This document shows positions 59,085 through 64,000 of a DNA stretch of 64,000 bases, piece after piece (the stretch's first letter is position 1; each line of letters opens with the position of its first letter). The position numbers were made by a program, and so were the translations under genes. The DNA lies in contig CAVSCC010000006.1 of assembly GCA_963726345.1 (NCBI GenBank), forward strand, positions 53,090 to 117,089, written 5' to 3'. The notes beneath the pieces are model-generated. The model was not told the DNA's origin, ran no database searches, and saw nothing but the letters and a program-made list of their open reading frames with translations. Origin of the DNA: an uncultured Coriobacteriia bacterium. GTDB lineage: Bacteria; Actinomycetota; Coriobacteriia; Anaerosomatales; JAAXUF01.

Positions 59085-59930
59085 GCCTCGGCCTCGGCGA
59101 TCCGCACGTCCTCGGCGGTCACGTCCGGCGCGACGGGGTCGGAAACGCTCGCGCCCGGCCGCCAGCCGCAGACGTGCTGGTGAAGGCCCCGGTAGTCGCC
59201 GACGATCTCGGCGTCCACGTAGGGCTCCTTGCGAAGGATGCGGACGTTGGTGTTGTCGCGGATCTCGATGATGTTGTACGAAGGCCGCACCTTGCCGCGC
59301 AGCCGGTGCGTGCAGCAGGTCCCGGCGTTGACGATGAGCATGTCCTCCAGGCGCCAGACGTTGGGGACGTGCTTGTGGCCGCAGAGCACGAGGTCCACGC
59401 CGTTGTCGGCGAGCACGCGGAGCAGGTCGCCCGCGTCGTGGACGATGTTGCGCTCGCGCCCGGTGCCCGGCACCGGCACCAGGTGGTGGTGCATCGCGAC
59501 GATCTTGAACTCCTCCTGGTCGATCGCGAACCGCTCCTCGAGCCAGCGGTACAGGTTGCGCCCGATGCGCCCGGAGTCGAGGTCGGGCTCGCTCGAGTCC
59601 AGCCCGATGACGCGCAACCCCGGCGAGTTCGAGTTCGATGCGTCGCGCGCCGAAGAGCTCCTCGAAGTGCACGTCGCCCACGTTGCGGGCGTCATGGTTG
59701 CCGATGAGAACCACCTGGCGCGCGCACTCGATGCGCTGCAGCAGGCGGTGGGCCTGCCGGAACTCGGCGCGAAAGCCCATGTCGGTCAGGTCGCCGGTCA
59801 CGATCACGATGTCGGGCGCAAGCTCGTTGAGCTCGTCGACCACGCGGTTCGCAAGACTGGGGATGTGGTACTGGCGACCCGCAGTGCAGGTCCGAGATCT
59901 GCGCGATCACGAGGGGATTGCTCATGCCCA
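59081..59930 (-). CDS. Calcineurin-like metallophosphoesterase (CpdA/Icc-like); 2 frame breaks
   Basis: The ORF reads M(G)MSNPLVIAQISDLHCG (DxH), DIVIVTGDLTD (GD), VVLIGNHDARN (GNHD), KIVAMHHHLVP (H) and DLVLCGHKHVPNV (GHxH). The stop overlaps the cDPGS start. Confidence 0.85.
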
Positions 59931-59960
59931 TCGACCACCCTTGTTCAGAGGACCATCGGC

Positions 59961-60953
59961 CTACTTGGGGACCGCGACGCCCCCGCCTTGCCCCGTCAGC
60001 TTGCCCGCCGCATCGAGATTGCCAAGCTGCCTCTCGATACCGAGCAGCGTGTTCAGGATCGTGTCGAAGCGCGCTTCGTCGTAGCGGACCACCTGCGTAG
60101 TCGCCCTTGATCCCGCCGAGCTTGGCCGCCGCTTTGAGCGCGTCCTCATACGTGCCGAGCTCGTCGACCAGACCGAGCTTCTTGGCCTCCGAGCCGTTCC
60201 AGGCCCAGCCGGTGGCCAGGCTCTCGACCTCGGAGCGCTCCATCTTGCGGCCCTCGGCGACGATGTCGATGAACTGGGCGTAGACCTCGTCGACCGACGT
60301 CTGGATGAGCGCCGTCTCGGTCGCGGTGAGCGCCTCGAACGGGCTGCCCGCGCCCTTGTACTCGCCCGCGGTGATCGTCACGAACTTGATGCCGAGCTTC
60401 TCGAGCAGCCCGTTGACGTTGGGGATCTCGGTGATGACGCCGATGCTGCCCACCGCCGAGCCGGGCAGCGCGATGATCGTGTCGGCCTGCGAAGAGACCA
60501 TGTAGGCGCCCGACGCGTCGACGTCGCCCACCGAGACGACGACCGGCTTCTTGGCGGCCTTCACGTACGCCGAGATCTCCTCGCTCGCGGCGACGGTGCC
60601 GCCGGGCGAGTTGACGCGCAGCACGATCGCCTTGACGTCGGAGTCATCCTCGGCACGGTTGAGCTTGTCGAGGAACTCCTCGGGCGTGATGATGCCGCCT
60701 GCCGCCGAACCGCTCCCCGCGATCGCTCCGTCCATCGGGATGACGGCGATACCGTTGCCGGAGATCAGCCGATCGGGGTTACCACTGCCGAGAAGCGACA
60801 CCGACCAGCCGCAGCTGCCGATGATGGCGGCAAGGCTGAGCGAGATCACGAGCACCCATATCCACGCACGTGACTTGCGAGCGGAGCTGCACGGTGCGGC
60901 GGGCGCGACGAGCGCGGGATGGCCGGGCGGAGTTGCGGGTCTTCGAAGGACAT
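59961..60953 (-). CDS. sppA: Signal peptide peptidase SppA, 36K type (peptidase S49); about 2 frame breaks
   Basis: The ATG at 60953 follows a GGAGG RBS. A TM anchor (WIWVLVISLSLAAIIGS) comes first. The S49 core reads IVLRVNSPGGTVAASEEISAYVKAAKKPVVVSVGDVDASGAYMVSSQADTIIALPGSAVGSIGV...GEYKGAGSPF. Confidence 0.88.
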
Positions 60954-61089
60954 GCGTGCCTCCGTGCGTTGAGGGTGAGATGCGGAAAGCGGAAAGCGAG
61001 GGATTGAGAGGTATCTTCCCCTCGCGAGGCCAAGTCGGTCAAACATGCAGAGTACTCGCTGCTCGCCGGCTGCGGCAGAGCGTTCGGCG

Positions 61090-62009
61090 TCAGAGGAGTC
61101 GGGCGCCCTCGCCGATCGATGCGGACCGCCTGCGGGGCGCGGCGCGTCGGGAGCGCACGCGCGCCCACGGCCGCGCGCTCTGCGACCTCGACCGCGAGCG
61201 CGTAGGCGGCCTCGTCGGTGTCGGCGGCGACCAGGCCGATGACCGTCGGCCCGGCACCGGAGAGCGCCACGCCGGCGGCGCCCGCGCTGCGCAGGATGTC
61301 GTGGACGGCCCGCAGGTCGCCGACGGCCGAGGCGCGGTACGGCTCGTGCAGGCGGTCGGCGAGCGCCGCGCCGAGAAGCTCGGGCCGGCCGGTCGCGATC
61401 GACGCCGCCAGCAGTCCGGCGTGCGCGACGTTGAAGGCGGCGTCCGCGTGCGGAACGTCCGTCGGCAGCATCGCGCGAGCCTTCGAGGTCGCGAGCTCGC
61501 CGGTCGCCGACGACCACGACCGCAGCCAGTCCGCGAGCCGGCTCGAAGCGAGCGGTTCTCGGCCGACCGGCGTCGGTCCAGCACACCGTGAAGCCGCCGA
61601 GAATCGCCGCGGCGGCGTTGTCGGGATGGCCCTCGATGCCCGCGGCGAGCTCCAGCACGCGATCGCTCCCGGGGTCCTCGGCGAGCAGCCGGAACCCCAG
61701 CAGCAGCCCGCCGACGATCGCCGAGGACGACGAGCCGAGCCCGTTGCCGAGCGGGATGCGGTTGACGCACTTCACGCGCGCAGCTGCGTCCGGCTGACCG
61801 GCGACCTCGAAGGCGACCTTCATCGCGCGGACGACCTGGTTGCGCTCGTCGGTGGCGAGCACGCCCGCGCCCTCGCCCTCGACCTCGACGCTCCAGCGCT
61901 CGGCCAGCTCGGCCTCGAACTCGTTGTGGAGGTCGAGCGCCAGGCCGAAGGAGTCGAAGCCCGGGCCGAGGTTCGCCGAGGTGGCGGGTACTGAGACGCC
62001 GGCTCCCAC
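61090..62009 (-). CDS. thrB: Homoserine kinase; at least 3 frame breaks
   Basis: The ORF reads VSVPATSANLGPGFDSFGLALD, then the GHMP motif NRIPLGNGLGSSSSAIVGG, then GIEGHPDNAAAAILGG. The next frame reads MLPTDVPHADAAFNVAHAGLLAASI...LHEPYRA...SGAGPTVIGL. The ORF track fuses it with hom (61090..63300). Confidence 0.9.
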
Positions 62010-62012
62010 GGA

Positions 62013-63300
62013 CTAGAGCTCCTCGACGCGGATGACCGCGGCGATGCTCGTCACCACGTCGAGCGACTCGATCTCGGCCAGCGCCGAGCGCACGTCGGCC
62101 TCGCGAGCGGTGTGCGTCACGTAGACGATCTGCGCGACGCCGCCCTCGGCGCGCTTCTGGATGACGGAGCCGATCGAGACGCCGTGCGCGCCGAACACCG
62201 TGGCGACCGCGGCGAGCACGCCGGGCTGGTCGGCGACGGCGAGGCGCACGTAGTACTCGGTCTCGAGCTGCGCGATGTCGCGGACCGGCGAGCGTCTCGG
62301 TGCAGGTGCAGCCGACGAGCGGCGCGCACCCGGTCTGGATGCGGCGCGCCTCCTCGATCAGGTCGCCGACGACCGCCGAGGCGGCCGGCAGCGAGCCGGC
62401 GCCCTCGCCGAAGAACATCGTCTCGCCCACCGCGTCGCCGACCACGTAGATGGCGTTGTAGACGCCGTTGACGCTGGCGAGCGGGTGGGCGTTGGGGATC
62501 ATGGTGGGATGCACGCGCACGTCGATGCCCTCGGGAGTGCGACGCCCGATCGCGAGAAGCTTGATGGTGTAGCCCATCTCGGCGGCGTAGGCGATGTCCT
62601 CGGGAGCGAGTCCGCGGATTCCCTCGGCGGGGACCTGGCTCATCACCACGCGGCTGTTGAACGCGATGGAGCACAGGATCGCGATCTTGGCGGCGGCGTC
62701 GAGGCCGTCGACGTCGGCGGTCGGGTCGGCCTCCGCGAAGCCCTTGGCCTGCGCCTCGGCGAGCGCGGTCGCGTAGTCGAGACCGTCGGAGGCCATGCGC
62801 GTGAGCATGTAGTTGGTGGTGCCGTTCACGATGCCCATGACCGTCTGGATCTCGTTGCTGGTCAGCGAGTGCTTGAGCGGGCCGATGATCGGGATGCCGC
62901 CGCCGACGCTCGCCTCGAAGAGGACGTCGACGCCGTTGGCCTCGGCCGCCTGCATGACCTCTTCGCCGTGGCTCGCGAGCAGCGCCTTGTTGGCGGTGAC
63001 GACGCTCTTGCCGGAGTTCAGCGCCGCAAGCACGACCTCGCGCGCGACACCGGTCCCGCCGATGAGCTCGATGACGATGTCGAGCGAGTCGTCGGCGATC
63101 ACGTCGTGCCAGTCGTCCGAGCACTTCTCGGCGGGAAGGCCGAGATCGGCGAAGCGCTCGGTGGTGCGGTCGGCGAAGCGCGCCAGCTCGATGTCGACGC
63201 CCGCGCGGCTGCGGAAGTCCTCGCCGTGGCGCGTCAGAATCTCGACGACGCCGGATCCAACGGTTCCCAGTCCGACCAGGCCGACTCTGATGGTGCGCAT
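62013..63300 (-). CDS. hom: Homoserine dehydrogenase with C-terminal ACT domain; 1 frame break near 62285
   Basis: The ORF reads MRTIRVGLVGLGTVGSGVVEIL...VVTANKALLA...LFEASVGGGIPII...GIVNGTTNYMLT...DPTADVDGLDAAAKIAIL.... The ACT fragment (62013..62249) reads YVRLAVADQPGVLAAVATVFGAHGVSIGSVIQ. A GGAGGA RBS precedes the ATG. Confidence 0.93.
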
Positions 63301-63563
63301 GACGATTCCTCCGCGTTCCGTGGCCGCGCACGGAGCGCGCAGCTGCCGGCGACCATTGTAGCCGAGAAGCCCAGACCGCCCGGCGGCGCGCGACCGGACA
63401 CCGTCTCGCGGCTAGTCCGAGACCGCGCCGGGCATGAGAGAAGCCTTACGCCGCTCTCACCCCCGCTCACGTTCGGTGCCGATGGTATGCAAGACAAACG
63501 GCGGGCAGAACGATCACCCACAACAGAGCACGACCCGCCATGACGCACTCTCGGAGGTGCTGC

Positions 63564-64000
63564 ATGAAGAGACGCATCATCGTCCCTGTAGTTGCCGTAG
63601 CGGTATTCGGCCTCATGGTCGGATTCGCTACCGTCGCACAGGCATTCCCCTCGAAGACGGTTGCGTGTGACAACTGCCACAGCGGGGCGAACATCCCCGT
63701 CACCGCGACGGCCGGCGCCACCGTCGGCACGACGGTCACGTACGCGCTTAGCGCCCCAGGTGCAGACGCCATCGCCGTGTTCGACGGCGCCACCAAGGTC
63801 GCCACGCTCGGCGCGTCCGGGCGTTCTCGGCCACGGTCGGCAAGCCCTACGCCGTCTACGCGGTCGCCGGCCCGTCGACGGGTGACGGCATCGGAAGCAC
63901 CCTGTTCACGCCGACCGCTCCCGTCGTCGCCCCCGCGGCCCCCGCTCTCAACGCCACCTACAACACGACCACCGGCAACGTGACCATCACGTGGGCCGCC
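63564..64000 (+). CDS. Secreted protein with an N-terminal CxxCH motif and Ig/FN3-like beta-rich region (partial; runs off the right edge; 1 frame break near 63820)
   Basis: The signal peptide is MKRRIIVPVVAVAVFGLMVGFATVAQA. It is followed by FPSKTVACDNCHSG (a single heme-c type CxxCH), then TATAGATVGTTVTYALSAPGADAIAVFDG.... In the next frame the sequence continues FSATVGKPYAVYAVAGPSTGDGIGSTLFTPTAPVVAPAAPALNATYNTTTGNVTITWAA. Confidence 0.55.

Overview
This is a 64-kb high-GC bacterial chromosomal segment with almost all genes on the minus strand. Four hand-counted 100-nt samples gave about 57, 65, 69 and 79% GC. The backbone matches the gene order I recall as conserved in Actinomycetota (as in Mycobacterium tuberculosis hom-thrC-thrB-rho-rpmE-prfA-hemK-Rv1301-rfe-atp operon-murA, and comF-hpf-secA). 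Here it reads hom, thrB, rho, rpmE, prfA, prmC, tsaC, wecA, atpIBEFHAGDC, murA, fabZ, with comF, hpf and secA at the left end. Interleaved with this backbone are seven other blocks. (1) A large P-loop/TPR/SARP-type regulator. (2) Two membrane HD / HD-GYP proteins with a DUF5317-like membrane protein. (3) A polar amino-acid ABC transporter with two lipoprotein binding proteins and an extra secreted protein. (4) A SAM-recycling / methionine-salvage block (AEC permease, mtnA, ahcY, PNP-family phosphorylase). (5) A roughly 17-kb Wzx/Wzy-type glycan cluster with seven GT4-type glycosyltransferases, Wzz-like, Wzy-like, Wzx, Ugd, LCP, an LbH acyltransferase and a WecC/WbpA-like dehydrogenase. (6) rpiB-glyA-upp-dCMP deaminase and thyX-DUF1385. 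(7) Between thrB and rho, the most interesting block: sppA, a metallophosphoesterase, a cyclic 2,3-diphosphoglycerate synthetase homologue, a 2-phosphoglycerate kinase homologue and a short transaldolase. The synthetase and kinase are the archaeal (methanogen) cDPG extremolyte pathway, here sitting in a bacterial housekeeping operon. One caveat applies to the whole window. Dozens of conserved genes, including secA, rho, prfA and murA, are broken by frameshifts as sequenced, while other blocks (the whole 7-kb atp operon, glyA, thyX, rpmE, fabZ, several GT genes) are intact. The breaks concentrate in the most GC-rich stretches, so I interpret them as assembly or consensus indel errors rather than real pseudogenes, but the sequence alone cannot prove this. 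Broken genes are listed as single CDS features spanning all conserved fragments, with the breaks noted. Only ugd, which also carries an in-frame TAG, is typed as a pseudogene. I recognised no rRNA, tRNA, CRISPR array, transposase or integrase. All family assignments come from motif recognition by eye and memory; no searches were run.
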